Shown here piece by piece: positions 11,699 through 25,709 of a stretch of 64,000 nt of DNA. Source of the DNA: Selaginella moellendorffii. Its lineage: Eukaryota > Plantae > Lycopodiophyta. Positions within the stretch are counted from its first letter, which is position 1; each line of letters starts with the position of its first letter. The DNA lies in contig NW_003314275.1 in NCBI RefSeq assembly GCF_000143415.4, positions 1,965,419 through 2,029,418 on the forward strand, read 5' to 3'. The translations under genes were made by a program, and so were the position numbers. The notes below the pieces were generated by a model, which ran no database searches, was not told the origin of the DNA, and was given only the letters and a program-made list of their open reading frames with translations.

Positions 11699-13478
11699 TC
11701 ATTGTACCTCGGGAAGCTGGTTCACGGGAGCTTTCAAGAGATTGGGATAGGCAGCCAGGATAACTGCCAGGTACTCTGGATTCATCTGAAGAAATTTCTT
11801 GAACTCGGCCCAGCTGATAACACCATCGTGATCCATGTCCAGACTGTTAAAGAGATGCTCGATCTGCGAAGGATTCTATTAGACTCGGCTCGTAGAAGAT
11901 AAATAGGTCACCTGGATGGCCCCCAAGCTTGGGAACGTCTGCACCAAGGCCTGCTCAACTTCTTTTCTGGAGAGAAACCCATCCTTGTCTTGGTCGCACG
12001 CATAAAATGCAGCTTCGATTGTAGAAGAGAAAGCCGTGTGCGTGGAGATGAAAGCCAACCCTGCCATGAACTACAAAAGGAGAAAGTGTACTATTGGATG
12101 AAATGGAGAAGCTATACCTCTCTGAAGTTGACGTAATTTTTCTCGGAAGTGTCGAACATCTGGAAGACTTGCATGGTATATGGTGTAAGAGGAAGATCCA
12201 GCGCCTTGAGGAAATCCACAATGTGCAGAAGACCGCTGGTAGAAGTGTCAGAGAACTGTTAGCAGCGGAAAATTCTAGTAAAATGCGAAACCATGTACCT
12301 GTGAGTTGTATCCATTGCGCTGAATTTCTTGAGATATGCTTCGGCAGTCTCGTAGTCAATATGGAACAGCTTTTCCATCCGAGAAAGCTCGGGTAGCTGC
12401 CCCGGAGGCAGATGCAGTTTCTTTGCCATGACCGCCAGTTTCATGTCCAAGAAAGTATGCTCCGTGCATGGAACGCCCAACGAAGCAGCCATCATATGCC
12501 GCACCGTCTCGGTGAAGTGGCGAGGGTCTTTGAGATCTCGGAGGCCGGGTTCCACCACTGGAAGGTATTGCACCTGATAAGTAAATCGCTTCCAAAAGGT
12601 TTGAGGAAAGAAACAAAGCAAAACTCTTACCTCCATGAAGTTGACGAGCTGCGTCATCAAACGAAACATGACATACGGCAGGCTTCGATTCACCCATGCC
12701 GGACTGATGCACTTGTGAGGATATCGTATGCACATCGGCTGGATTGGCAGGCCTTGAGCGAACGCCCCCGTCTTGAACGATATCAAGGCCTTTCCATTAG
12801 TCGTAGTTCCTTCTGGAAAGATGAGTACGTGAGGCCACTTGTTATCGATGGCGCGTCGCCGGATTTGAGCTGCTGCGTCCCTTCTCGACCTGCGAATGGC
12901 TCTGTCCACTGGAATGATCTGCGAAAAATGAAAGTTCATGGAAGTTCTTCGCTTTAAAGCTTTAAGTTCTTTACCTGGAGCGCTGTAAGAAAGAGACCCA
13001 CGATTGGAAGCTTGGCATTCTCCTTGGCGCTCAAGATCACTGGCATGTGTGAGAAAAATATGTAGACCGGATCCAAGAAAGATACGTGATTGGAGACGAC
13101 GATGGGGGCCACGTCCCGAGGAGCCGGAGTTCCTTTGATCGAAATCCAGACGTAACCGAATGCGAACATCGCGATCCTTGCACAGATTCTCAGGGGCCAG
13201 AGGAGAATCCTTCTCCAGCGCGAGAATGGCTTGTAAAGAGGATCTTCGACGCCGATGAGTGCGCACCTCACCGAGCAGTAGGCCAAGATCAATGCCGCCG
13301 CGAGAATTGCCAGCCGGAGGAGAAAGATTGGAAGCATGACGATCGTCTTGAAAATCTCCGATGGACTAAAACCCAAAGACTCCCCCTGGAACGGATTCAC
13401 GACCGCCTCGGGGCCGATCGGTGGCCGCTTGCCAAGGGGAAATGCGTCGGCGGCATCCCGCTGCCGATCTTGGGCCAT
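11699..13478 (-). CDS. LPEAT2: Lysophospholipid acyltransferase with C-terminal EF-hands (LPEAT2/LPCAT-like), multi-exon
   Basis: Acyltransferase motifs SNHVSFLD and IFPEGTTTNG. EF-hands DQDKDGFLS and DMDHDGVISWAEF. Short GT-AG introns. Stop TGA at 11699-11701. Confidence 0.9.
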
Positions 13479-13784
13479 GGATCGATCCCTAGAGTGGAAA
13501 ATCTACCTGTTCAAAGCCAGAAGAGATTCAGCTGCCGCGCACCATAGATCACCCGCCGCAATGCCACTGCGCATCCCTGGAGAGAAGAGGACGATCGAGC
13601 ACGATCGATGAGAATCTCGCTATGGCGCTCAACGCAAGCCACGAATCACAAAAAATTAAAAAAACTTTGCTTTGCAATTAACGCTGTCTTTACATCTACC
13701 GTCGAATTTCAACGATGAGATTCGTTTTGCCGTTAGACGAATAGACCCCCGGGATCCTTGTTCAAAGAAATATACTCCCCAGCG

Positions 13785-13880
13785 ATACGTATTACCGCAA
13801 ACATCGCGACACATTGGCGATTTCTTTATTCGACACATAGCGCCGGGTTCTGCCACGTGTCGTATTTGCTAGTATAAATT
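13785..13880 (+). promoter_or_regulatory. ELIP proximal promoter with G-box/ABRE GCCACGTGTC (13852-13861) and TATA box (13873-13878)
   Basis: The same block recurs before ELIP copy 2 (21456-21465, TATA 21477) and copy 3 (23566-23575, TATA 23587). Confidence 0.75.
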
Positions 13881-13975
13881 CTCGAGTCCCGTAGTGGAGG
13901 AAATATCATAGCATACACGCATTTTCTAGCGATTTTCTTGGCGATCCTTCAATCTTCTGAGGCTTTTCTAGCAAG

Positions 13976-14736
13976 ATGGCACTCGCAGTAGGCACTAGCA
14001 TTGCAGCAATCCCTTCCTCGCTCTCAAAATCCTCTCTAGGAGCGGCCGCTCACAAGTCTCGATCCAATCGCTCCTTGACCTTCCTGCCAGTGAGAGCTTC
14101 GTCGGATAATGGCCGACGAACCCCTGGAGGAGGCGATGGGATCAGCAGCGTTCTGGACCAGACCAAGAAGGAGATCACCCGCGAGGACGTGCTCAAGAAC
14201 CAGGCCGAGAATGAGTCGGAGAAGAAGTCCGTGTTTGGAGCGGTGCCATCGTCCGGAGCATTGTGGCCTAGGCCTGAGATTGAGAGGCGGCCAGAGACGG
14301 GCGATCGATCATTTGCGAGCTTGATGGCATTCGATGGCGCTGGCCCAGAGACGATCAACGGCAGACTGGTAAGTCCCTCCCTTCTCCAAAGTTCAGGATC
14401 CGTGGAGTCCGTTGTTCTAAGTTTATTTTTCCATTGATACAGGCTATGGTTGGAATCTTGTGGGCATTTGCTGTGGAGAGAATGACGGGACAGACGGTGG
14501 CCGAGCAGCTCTACACGCCAGGCAACTTCGGCTTGTTTAACTTCTTGGCGGTCGCACAGCTCTTTGCATACGCGTCACTGGTTCCCATGTTTAAGGGAGA
14601 GAGCCCCGATAGCCGATCCTTGGGCCCGTTTAGAGCCATGGCGGAGCGCTGGAATGGGCGGACTGCCATGCTTGGCTTCCTCGCTCTGGTGCTCACGGAA
14701 TTCTTCACCAAGACCCCAGTTTTTCACATGATGTGA
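13976..14736 (+). CDS. ELIP: Early light-induced protein, copy 1 (exons 13976-14368 and 14443-14736)
   Basis: Transit peptide and LHC motifs ETINGRLAMVG and AERWNGRTAMLG, with one GT-AG intron. Confidence 0.92.
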
Positions 14737-15149
14737 GTGACCTGAGAGTCTGTAAATTTTTGTTCATTAAATTTTTGTTAATATTTTTAAACATAGTTCT
14801 GTAATGGTGCTTTGATCGTGATCTCCCTTCCCCTCTCAATCTGATTACTCTTGCTAAAGCGCTCAAACTGCTGCATTATGATTTGTCTTTGCGAGATGTT
14901 GACTGCTCGGCTGGCTGTTCTGGCAATCTGCTCAGCGGGCTAGAAATCTCAGTGGATTTCACCTTTTTCGGACTCACACAACGCACTAAAAACTTCCATC
15001 ACCATGATCGAGCACTGGGCGCGTTGATAGTGGAGTAGCCAACTGTAAATCTTTGATTTCTGCAAAATAGATGGCTTTAAGAGATCGAACGTAATAAAAA
15101 ATGCCACGTTTACAGTAAATGGAAATTGACAAGAACATCAGAAGCATGT

Positions 15150-18100
15150 GTTTATCTACTACCTCCTGTTAAAATTTGTTCTGATTTGCAATATAGAGTC
15201 CTATGTGGCAAGAAAAAAAGATGATGTGGCAGAGAGGGGCAAATAGTAGAAAATTTCCAAAGTATGAAAGCCCATCATACTTGTTTACTTAAAAGTGCTA
15301 TTGGCATTGGGGGATAGATATCTTGTTACCCTTGGATTTTTAGAAGGATGTCTTAGATGTATAGTTAGGAGTTTTATGTTGTCATTGTGCAGCATTGGGA
15401 ATGAAACAAAGAGAGCTAGCCCCTTGAAAATACCATTTTCCTTAATTTGGTACCCAAATCTTTTGTTTCAGATACAACATGGTGGCTTGATTCTTCACTT
15501 ATGATAAGTTTCTTTCTTGCAAGTGGAGACATTCGTATGATTCTAGCGCTTACATGTACCAATATACTTTTGTGTTTGTTCCTTTCTTCATTATTACGAG
15601 TGGAACCTCTATTTTTTTCAAAGAAAGCCAGTGATTATTTTGGGATACAGGAAATCATGGTGCTTTTTATCTTTTGCTACCAGAGTTAAAATAAGTTCTT
15701 TGGTTAGGGTATATTTTTGTGTCACAACTTTTAATGGTAGTATGTTAATGGCTGTCTAGAAGAACCAATTTCATGTTCCAGGTAAGTTGGAATCACAGCA
15801 GCAGCAGCAGTAGCAACATCACTAGCGAGATGCACTCAAGGCTGCACAAAAATTCTCCACTAGTATTTTGGGAACAGTCACATGTACATAGTGGCAATGG
15901 CCAGCATCATTGAGTAGGTTGGTGAGAGGGACAAAGACAAAAATCTCACAAAGGACAGGAAAAAAGATCTTGTGGGATTGCCCACAAACAGTGAAATATG
16001 TTTTAAAAGCTTTATGGAAGAAGACTCACAATCTGGAAAAAAAAATGGTAAAAAAGCTTTCTTTCAGAGGTGGAAGGATTAAAAAGGAAGCTCATGAGCA
16101 AGGTTGTTAGCTTCAATTTAACCCAATTGACAAGTATGATGGAAATACATGAAAATATAAAGGAAGAAATTTAGTTTCATTTGTTTCCATTTCTTCCAAT
16201 TTGAAGAGTTTATGGTGATTTGGTAGAGATTAAACTTTGAGATATTATCTTTACTACCCTCCTCACATCACTAAACCAAAGGTATCAATTTTTGTTCTTT
16301 GTTACTCATAACTCTTTGGTATAATATTCTCTTTTTTAATATTATTTTTTGTGTCTGAGGTGTAAGAAGTTCTATAAGGTTCTCTTCTTTGAAAGACAAT
16401 ACTTTGTTGTTTTAGAAAATCTCAAATTACTAACAGTTCTATTGTTTGTTTGGTAGTTCCATTTTTTTTTTCTTTTTTTCTTCTTTTTTCTTCTTTTCTT
16501 CCATTAACTCACTATGAGTGGCTCTTTTTCATTTCAAATGTTTTGTCATTGATATTTAAATACACTCCCTCAGCTGGATAAAAGTGTGGGAGAATCAAAA
16601 AATAAAAAAAATAAAACAAACCATATACATTAATCAAAATGTCAATAAAATGGCGTCAATAGTTAACCAAAGTTTTGCTGTTGGTCAAAGCCCAAGAGCT
16701 GATACAAATTCTTCACTACAATTAGATTACAAAGCATATGATTTTCAAGTGAAGCCATTTTAAAAAAAGGACTACTCACATTAAATAATAATAAAGAGCT
16801 TAACAACATGTTTTGTAATAGATTTGTGCATATTATGCAAGAATCATACACTATATAGTGTTGTCTATATATATGCTGCCAAAGTCATCCTTGCTCATCC
16901 TCTTGCTCACTACTGCCTTGAACAACACTTTTGTTGAACTCGTTAAACAATTATATGATGCTATTGATGCTGAAGCTGTCATTTAAAAAAATATCGCACT
17001 AGTGCTGAAGCTGTCATCCAAAAGAATGTCACCACCCCTATTTGATCAAAGAGTTTGATAAAAAAAGTTTAATGTAAGTGAATGAGGATATAACACCTAA
17101 GTATTGCATTTGAAACTTTGATTAGCTACCATAGAAAACATTATTATAAAATCGTTGGTGAGCAACTGTTAGGTATTTTGCTTGAAGAATATTCAATATC
17201 ATTACCTTATACTGGCTGGCTAAAAGTAAATAAAGCTTAGATGCTCAGATAGAGAATTATAATGGTTTGTCTTTACTGCACTTCATCCAAGCAATCAACA
17301 GTATTGGATGTTTTCCTACTTAATATCTAAAACTTTATTTCATAATGGAACTACAATTCATTACTACAATCAATATAAAATTTTTCTACAAAATCTAACT
17401 CTTCTTGCATAGCAATCCTGTTTATCTAAAAATACAGAAAATTAAAAAAAGACAAAAATTACTCAATTGTTGAATCATTCTATTGAAGCTACCTCACAAA
17501 TCCAAGCCAATGATATAAAATTTCATCTTCTTAGAGTCATGGTAACTTTCACGTTTACAACGAACCTTGAGGATATAAATTTTTGAACACACAGCATCCA
17601 AATATGCTAAAAAAATGTCATAATTCTCATCACGCATAAATGCCATGCTAGTAAATTAGTTATTTCTCAAGCAGCCTCCTAAACGTAACTGCCTAAACAT
17701 ACTGATTTTCAATATTCTCGATACACACATGCAATGTATACTTATGATCAACCTTCTAAATCTTTGAATCACATAAATTACACAACCAAACATCTTCACT
17801 TGCACTTAAGACTTTTTTGCCATATTGTCTACCATTAACAACTTTTGTACAAACTAGATAAGAAAAATTATTTATGCAAATATCTCTGATGTTAGCAATA
17901 ATTCAGTAACTATTTGAACTCTCTATAACCTTGAGATTAAGTCCTATCATTTCTGATATTGTTGTTATGTGAACAGTTAAATTAAAGCCTAATGACCCAG
18001 TGATATGGATGAAACTAGTGGAATCTAATATTACTAAATACCATACACGTAATCAAGCTACAATCCCTAGATTAGCATCAAATAAAACTATTGAAGCTTC

Positions 18101-20860
18101 TATAATAGATATTGACTTCCCATTGTATTCTGATATTTTACCATCTTTTACACAAGAATTGTTTCTCTCCTCTTTCAAACTTTTCATATATTGTTTACCC
18201 TTTGTTTTCAACTTTGAAGTCCCAAAGACAAACATCAATGCTCCTTCCTGATTTATCACTAAGATATACTATCCTCTTCTTAATGAGAGCCCCAAAAGCC
18301 TTGCATATAACATTTGTCAATTCAACCAATGTAACAACATCAATCACATTCATAAAAGCATCTAGTTCTATATATAATACTTCCAAAATAGTTTTTCTAT
18401 CCAAAACAATCTTTGGAAATCCTACATCATCAAGTTGAATATTGTACACCATACTCTTACTTACCAACATTGCCCATTTTGATTTAAAAGGAGTATATTG
18501 ATTTTTCGAAGGTTGTATGCCACCACTACTAGAAAACATGTAAACCTTATCCTAAATGATATTTGAATGTAGTGATTTTACAACTACACCAAAACAAACG
18601 ACACAAATTTTTAAAAACTTAATGGCGACAATATCAAATGAGAATACAAATTTGCCAAGACTATATTTTATAAGTCTTTCCTTGTGAGTCACTCTTCTAA
18701 GTATTTTTTATCTCTCTTATGAGGGACTCTTTCATTCCATGCCTCCTAGAATTTTCTCCCTATAATAAATTGGATGTAACACAATTAATATTTTAATGAC
18801 ACAAACATGAACTTTTTTGAATTCCATCATACATATATTTTTTCATCTGAAATTCTAGACTCTTAAAGAAATGAAAATTACACTCACTCCTTTATACTCC
18901 TTTATAGCAATAGCTTTGTCAAGGATATGCTTTCAAACCCCACATTCCATGTAAAAACATTGGAAATTATCAAAGAATAAATAGTTAATGGAAAAAAAAA
19001 AAAACAAACATATACTTACTGTTTATTGTCAATCTCACAAAATGCATAATCAATAAGTTTTATGAGGCTTTTTTCTCGAATAGACCAAAAACTAATTGCA
19101 TTTGTTATATAAAATGATACATATACTTCCATAACTTCATTTCTATCAGTTATACAAGTTTTTCCCACAATAGCATCAGGTTTGGAATCTAATTTTGTAA
19201 TCCTCAAAACAATTTCCTCCTCTAGTTTTTCTCTGATATTTTTCAGCCCATCCACTATACACTTTATTCTTCAACATGAACTCAAAAACCTAATATGAAC
19301 AAAACTACTTGTTATAACAAAATTAAATCTTCAAGAATAAAAACATGGAGTTATGCATCCAAGTTAATTATGAGAACTGCTCATCCTTTGTTGAGTATGG
19401 CAAAATCTCTCGATTCAAAGTTCTCTTTGTTCAATATCTTTTACTAGGTTGTAAGTTTCATGGTGCAATGCTCTTGGTTGCCATGGAATCAGGGCATGCT
19501 GGTTGTGTCCTTTGCTCTCTATACAAGGATATCAAGAATGTTTTTAAACTTATAGTATGGCTAAAAATAAATGTGTCTCATACTTTGTCATGATCTTTGT
19601 TAACTCAATACAAATATATAGTGTATATGATCATGGGATAAAATTTGAATATACTGTCACTGTGGATCCTTAGAACTTTAGGGGATAAATGGGGATAAAA
19701 TAGCCATTAAAGATTCTTTCATCAAGCAATTGGCTAAAGGGGAGAGAAATAAGGTGCGCTACATGTGGTATTGGAACAAATAGCATGCGTTCGATTCCCA
19801 TTAATTAGTAGCTATTTAAAAATATAATATACCCTTGAGCAAAGTATATTCATACCCTTAAATTTAAAATTGTACATATTGGGCATTTATGTGTGTGTCT
19901 TTCTTCTTATGTGGAGTATCCATGAACGAAGGTATCCACCATAGAACTGCAGTATGAGTGGATAACTAATTGCCCCATATGGAATAACTTGTCTACATAA
20001 TAAATGTTAGTTTCTCTAGGCTCAATAAAAAGTTGTTAGTCAATAGTCAATAAAAACATTGACATCTCTAAAAAGGGGGTGAGTATAACACATATGATCA
20101 TATGACCAATTTTTGTTGTGTATACCCCTCTCCACCATATCATTTTTTTCTCTTGCCATGTGGGTATCCATGTTATCTAGGAGGCTAATCAACCCTAGCC
20201 CCTCTTGCTCAAAGTCTTTGCAAACAAGCCAATTCATCAATTATTTGAGTGGGGTGATAAAATAATGAATTCACATGTTATTATAGCAAATGTTGATGAG
20301 GGCACTAACCATCCCCATTCACCCATATGTCTTGCAAAATATCCCAAATCTACCATATGGCCTGCCTAGGCAAATCCCTCTAAAAAACATGAAAGTGGCT
20401 ACAATAGGGGAGGCTAAGAAATCCAAGGCTACTAGCTAAAAAGACTAACCAATTTAGCTTAGAACCCTAATTCTTTATTGCATTGCAAAAGTGTGAGAGA
20501 GGATGATGCAATGTGCTTAGAGAGTTGGGGATGATCATGTTTCCACTGCAAGCCACTCAAACACTCTTTATTGCTCAGCTTTGTTTGGGGCCATAGCAGG
20601 CTGTCCTACTCCAGAAATCTCTCATCTCTCAATCCTCTCAAAAGAACATTATGATTCCTAACTTCTCAAGATTCAATATTACTATTTTAGGGCTACTATT
20701 CACTATACTTAACATATATTTTCTACTCCTAGCTAAATCTCCTAAAATAGGATTGCAAATCATCCACACTTTTGGGCACCCAAATCACAGGAATATTTCA
20801 GTGGATCTCCTCTCGCCCTAGTGCCACATGTGTCTGACTTTCTATGGATGATACTTCTTC
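15150..20860. mobile_element. Degenerate AT-rich insertion (Helitron-like) inside the ELIP array
   Basis: Flanking sequences that are nearly adjacent between ELIP2 and ELIP3 (about 22700-22900) are separated here by about 5.7 kb. The insert carries an RPA70-like pseudogene. Termini not identified. Confidence 0.5.
17480..18650 (-). pseudogene. RPA70 (replication protein A large subunit)-like pseudogene, apparently intronless
   Basis: OB-fold-like NVIDVVTLVE...KKRIVYLSDKSGRSIDVCLW and Zn-ribbon-like NFSYLVCTKVVNGRQYGKKV...WLCNLCD..*KVDHKYTL, with in-frame stops. Confidence 0.7.
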
Positions 20861-21590
20861 TCTTTTTGGTTTTCCCTAGAGTTTTCTTCTTTCTTCTAAA
20901 AATCTCCATGTATGTGAGTGAGTTGAGATACTACATTTTTGCGCCTCAGCATGGTTTCAATGAATTCACCACAGCTGAATCATCTGATTTTGCTAGCTAG
21001 CAAAAGGTGGAAATGTCAAGTGGCAAGCCCTCAGCTGAATGATGAGTTTAAGGGTTCATGGTAAAGGTAAATATTGTAAGTTTCTCATGCTTCAACACTG
21101 TAAACTACTATACCTGGTTGTCTCCAAGGCCCCAGGACTCAGTAAGACATGGGAACATGTCAAGAGCACCAAGAGCTGCAGGTCATGCCTGTTAGCAAAG
21201 ACTTGGCAGTGAGGCTTGGTTTGTCGGAGAAAGTATGAACACAGCATTAAAAGAGAAGAAACAAATACCTACTACTTTCTCAAGAGGCCAGTCTGAGTTT
21301 TCAACAATGAGAATGTTTTGCCGTTAAAAGAATATACCCCCACGATTTTATGTGTTAGAAGAAATATACTCCGATGGTCCTCCCAGGGATACGTATTACC
21401 GCAAACATCGCGACACATTGCGAATTTCCATATTCGACACATAGGGCCCGATTCAGCCACGTGTCGTATTTACAAGTATAAATTCACGAGTCCCATAATG
21501 GAGGAAGTATCACAGCATAGCTCTAGACATCTACCAAAGCTCACACAACGCCTTTTCTATCTTTCAATCTCCTGAGGCTTTTCTAGCAAG

Positions 21591-22345
21591 ATGGCACTCG
21601 CGGTAGGCAGTGGCATTGCAGCAATCCCTTCCTCGCTCTCAAAATCCTCCCTAGGAGCGGCCGCTCCCAAGTCTCGATCCAATCGCTCCTTGGCCTTCCT
21701 GCCAGTGAGAGCTTCGTCGGACAATGGCCGACGAACCCCCGGCGGAGGCGATGGGATCAGCAGCGTACTGGACCAGACCAAGAAGGAGATCACCCGAGAG
21801 GATGTGCTCAAGAACCAGGCCGAGAACGAGGCGGAGAAGAGGTCCGTGTTTGGAGCGGTGCCATCGTCCGGAGCAATGTGGCCGAGGCCGGAGATCGAGA
21901 GACGGCCAGAAACGGGCGATCGATCATTCGCGAGCTTGATGGCATTCGATGGCGCTGGCCCAGAGACGATCAACGGCAGACTGGTAAGTCCCTCCCTTCT
22001 CCAAAGTTCAGGATCCGTGGAGTCCGTTGTTCTAAGTTTATTTTTCCATTGATACAGGCAATGGTTGGAATCTTGTGGGCCTTTGCAGTGGAGAGAATGA
22101 CGGGACAAACGGTGGCCGAGCAGCTCTACACGCCAGGCAACTTCGGCTTGTTTAACTTCTTGGCGGTGGCACAGCTCTTTGCTTACGCGTCGCTGGTTCC
22201 CATGTTTAAGGGGGAGAGCCCCGATAGCCGATCTTTGGGCCCGTTTAGAGCCATGGCGGAGCGCTGGAATGGGCGGACTGCCATGCTTGGCTTCCTCGCT
22301 CTGGTGCTCACGGAATTCTTCACCAAGACCCCAGTTTTTCAGTGA
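21591..22345 (+). CDS. ELIP: Early light-induced protein, copy 2 (2 exons)
   Basis: Near-identical to copy 1. Ends in VFQ* because of a 6-nt deletion. Confidence 0.92.
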
Positions 22346-23709
22346 GTGACCTGAGAGTCTGTAAATTTTTGTTCATTAAATTTTTGTTAATATTCTTAAA
22401 TTTAGTTTTAGATCGTGATCTCCCTTTCCCCTTTAATCTGATTACTTTCGGATCCTTGCTAGAGCGCTCAAACTGCTGCATTATGATTTGCTTTGCGAGA
22501 AGATCAACCATGTTGACTGCTCGGCTGGCTGTTTTGGCAATCTGCTCTCAGTGGATTTCACCTTTTACGTACTCACACAACAGGAGGTCATGAGCTGCAC
22601 TAAAACCTTCTAGCATTCGGGCAATGCTCTCGATTTATCTGTACCATCACAGTACTGGGTGAGTAGCCAACTGCAAATCTTTGTTTTGTGCCGAATAGAT
22701 TATCGAACGGATTAAAATATGCCACGTTTACAGTAATGAAAAGTGGCAAAAAAACGGCGTCTGGCTAATCCAAAGCCTTTGCGAGCTATAGCCAGTTCAT
22801 TGGTTATTCGGGTGGAGATAAAATAATAAACGCACATGCTGTTATATTATGTTTGAGCAAATGTGATGGGATTTGAATGTCGAAGAAGATTACCTAGGGG
22901 GTTCTCTTCTTGTTTTCTCTTTGTTCTCCCTGGAGTTTCTTCTTTCTTCTAAGGATCATCACGTACGTGAGCGACTTGAGATCACAGGTACTACTTTTGC
23001 GCTCAGCATGGTTTCGATGAATTCACCGCCACCACCAGGCTCAATCGTCTGATTTGGCTAGCTAGCAAAAAGTGGAGATGTTAAGTGGCAAGCCGTATTT
23101 GGTTTTCAACTGAACGATAAGATGTTCATGGTAAAGGCAAATATTGATAAGTTTCTCATGCTTCAATGGTAAGGAATTCGGACAATTCACCAGCAAGAAA
23201 CAGCGAAACAACGACTGGAAGGAAGTAATCGGGAACAGTAAGAGATAGGATTCACTTGGTTGTCTCCAAGGCCCAGTAAGCCATGGGAACATGTCAAGAG
23301 CGCCAAGAGCTGCCGGTCAGCAAAGACTTGGCAGTGAGGCTTGGTTCGTCTGAAAAAGTATTAACATAGCATTATAAACAGGGGACAAGAAACAAATACC
23401 CGCTAACTTCTCAAGAGTTCTTGTAAACCGTTGCAAATCGCATATTTCAACAATGAGACTATAAACGAATATGCATACTTCGATGATCCTTCCCATGGAT
23501 ACGTACTACCGCAAACATCGCGACACATTGGCGATTTCTTTAATCGACACATAGCCCCTGGTTCTGCCACGTGTCGTATTTGCTAGTATAAATTCTCGAG
23601 TCCCGTAGTGGAGCAAGTATTACAGCGTAGCTCTAGACTTCTACCAAAGCTCACACAAATTCTTCCACGCTTTGTCTATCTTTCAATCTTCTGAGGCTTT
23701 TCTAGTAAG

Positions 23710-24466
23710 ATGGCACTCGCCATAGGCAGTGGCATTGCAGCAATCCCTTCCTCGCTCTCAAAATCCTCCCTAGGAGCGGCCGCTCCCAAGTCTCGATCCA
23801 ATCGCTCCTTGGCCTTCCTGCCAGTGAGAGCTTCGTCGGACAATGGCCGACGAACCCCTGGAGGAGGTGATGGGATCAGCAGCGTACTGGACCAGACCAA
23901 GAAGGAGATCACCCGCGAGGATGTGCTCAAGAACCAGGCCGAGAATGAGTCGGAGAAGAAGTCCGTGTTTGGAGCGGTGCCATCGTCCGGAGCATTGTGG
24001 CCTAGGCCTGAGATTGAGAGGCGGCCAGAGACGGGCGATCGATCATTTGCGAGCTTGATGGCATTCGATGGCGCTGGCCCAGAGACGATCAACGGCAGAC
24101 TGGTAAGTCCCTCCCTTCTCCAAAGTTCCTGGTTAGTCCCTTGTGCTAAGTTTTATTTTTCCATTGATACAGGCAATGGTTGGAATCTTGTGGGCCTTTG
24201 CAGTGGAGAGAATGACGGGACAAACGGTGGCCGAGCAGCTCTACACGCCAGGCAACTTCGGCTTGTTTAACTTCTTGGCGGTGGCACAGCTCTTTGCATA
24301 CGCGTCGCTGGTTCCCATGTTTAAGGGAGAGAGCCCCGATAGCCGATCCTTGGGCCCGTTTAGAGCCATGGCGGAGCGCTGGAATGGGCGGACTGCCATG
24401 CTTGGCTTCCTCGCTCTGGTGCTCACGGAATTCTTCACCAAGACCCCAGTTTTTCACATGATGTAA
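23710..24466 (+). CDS. ELIP: Early light-induced protein, copy 3 (2 exons)
   Basis: Near-identical to copies 1 and 2, with a slightly shorter intron. Confidence 0.92.
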
Positions 24467-24667
24467 GAGGTAGAAATTTGTTGATTTGTAAATTTTGGCC
24501 AGTACTTAAATAGATATTAAATTCTACATGGTAAACGAAAAACGGTTTGGATCCCCTTAACACTATCAATGAGATTTTCTAGAAACACTTTGAAAAAGTT
24601 GATTTAGAAAAAGCGTTGTTCAAGATTTGATAACAAAAAATTTGATAGAGAGAGGGCGGGCTTATTC

Positions 24668-25709
24668 TTATTCCAGAGCCGCCCAAATAGCTGGATCATC
24701 GTAGTTTTTGGCCAGAAACGTTGCGCCGGCTTCACGAAGAGCAGCCTCAGGATTCCCCGTTGTCAATCCCACCACTGCCATGCCCGCGGCGACGCCTGCT
24801 TTGATTCCAGATGGCGAGTCCTACGATCATCCACGAGAATCGTTAGTCAAAAGAAAAGTCGTGATAAAACTAGCAAAAGAACGTAAGAAATAAGAAGAGA
24901 GGTCCAAAGAAAGACGTCGAGAATTTGATCACCTCAAAGACGAAGGCATTGTCTGCCGTGATGCCGAAATGATCCAGAGCCTTGAGGTACGGATCTGGGA
25001 ATGGCTTTGCTCGAGCGCAATCGCTCCCCAGGATCACCGTCTCGAAGAAACCTTCCAGCCCGACCTGGGAGATCATAAACTCGACGTTCTCCTTTGGAGC
25101 ATTGCTCACGGCAGCGCGACGCAGGCCTTTCTCTTTGATCCACTTGCACAGCTTGTGGAGGCCGGGTAGCGCCTTGAGATCCTTTGCCGCGAGCCTGCAA
25201 ATCTAGACGGAAGAATCACGGCGAATTCTTCCAAGAGAAGGGAAAGGATCGATCTTTGTACCCGCGAAAGTATGCCTCTTTGTCATCGAAGAACTTGGAG
25301 CGCTTGGCTTCGTCCCAGTCTGGAAAGAGGAGCAGCCCGATATCGCGATTGTGCTTGCCGCTAATGTGGCCACAGAAATACTCCCGCGTGATCGGAGCTC
25401 CTCCCTGGAATCCGACCTAAAATCGCAGCGAGGGGTGTGAAATCGGGGAATCCAATCGGAAAGAGAGGCGACGCTCGGGCAAGATCGATCGGCGTACCTC
25501 CTGGAGCATATCGCGAAACGCCTGGTAATGCACCGGATCGGAATCGCACAGCGTCCCATCGACATCGAACAGGATCGCTCGCAGCGATTGTGGCGATGGA
25601 AGCGATCTCCGCCTGCCCGCCGCAGCATCTGTGCAGAGATAGCGATTCCACGATCAGAGATCTAAGATTCATTGGCGCTCTTCGTACCGCCATTGGAGCT
25701 ATGCGACAT
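24668..25709 (-). CDS. HAD-superfamily hydrolase/phosphatase (CbbY/Sgpp-like), multi-exon
   Basis: Motif I LFDVDGTL, motif II VSNAP, motif III KPFPDPY and motif IV FEDSPSGIKAG, joined across short introns. Confidence 0.88.

Noticed and set aside
12259-13266. 335-aa ORF as a stand-alone gene
   Set aside because: It reads through introns and an alternative frame of LPEAT2.
15195-20840. Mutator-like terminal inverted repeats (atgtggca... / ...tgccacat)
   Set aside because: The match is too short and no target-site duplication was found.
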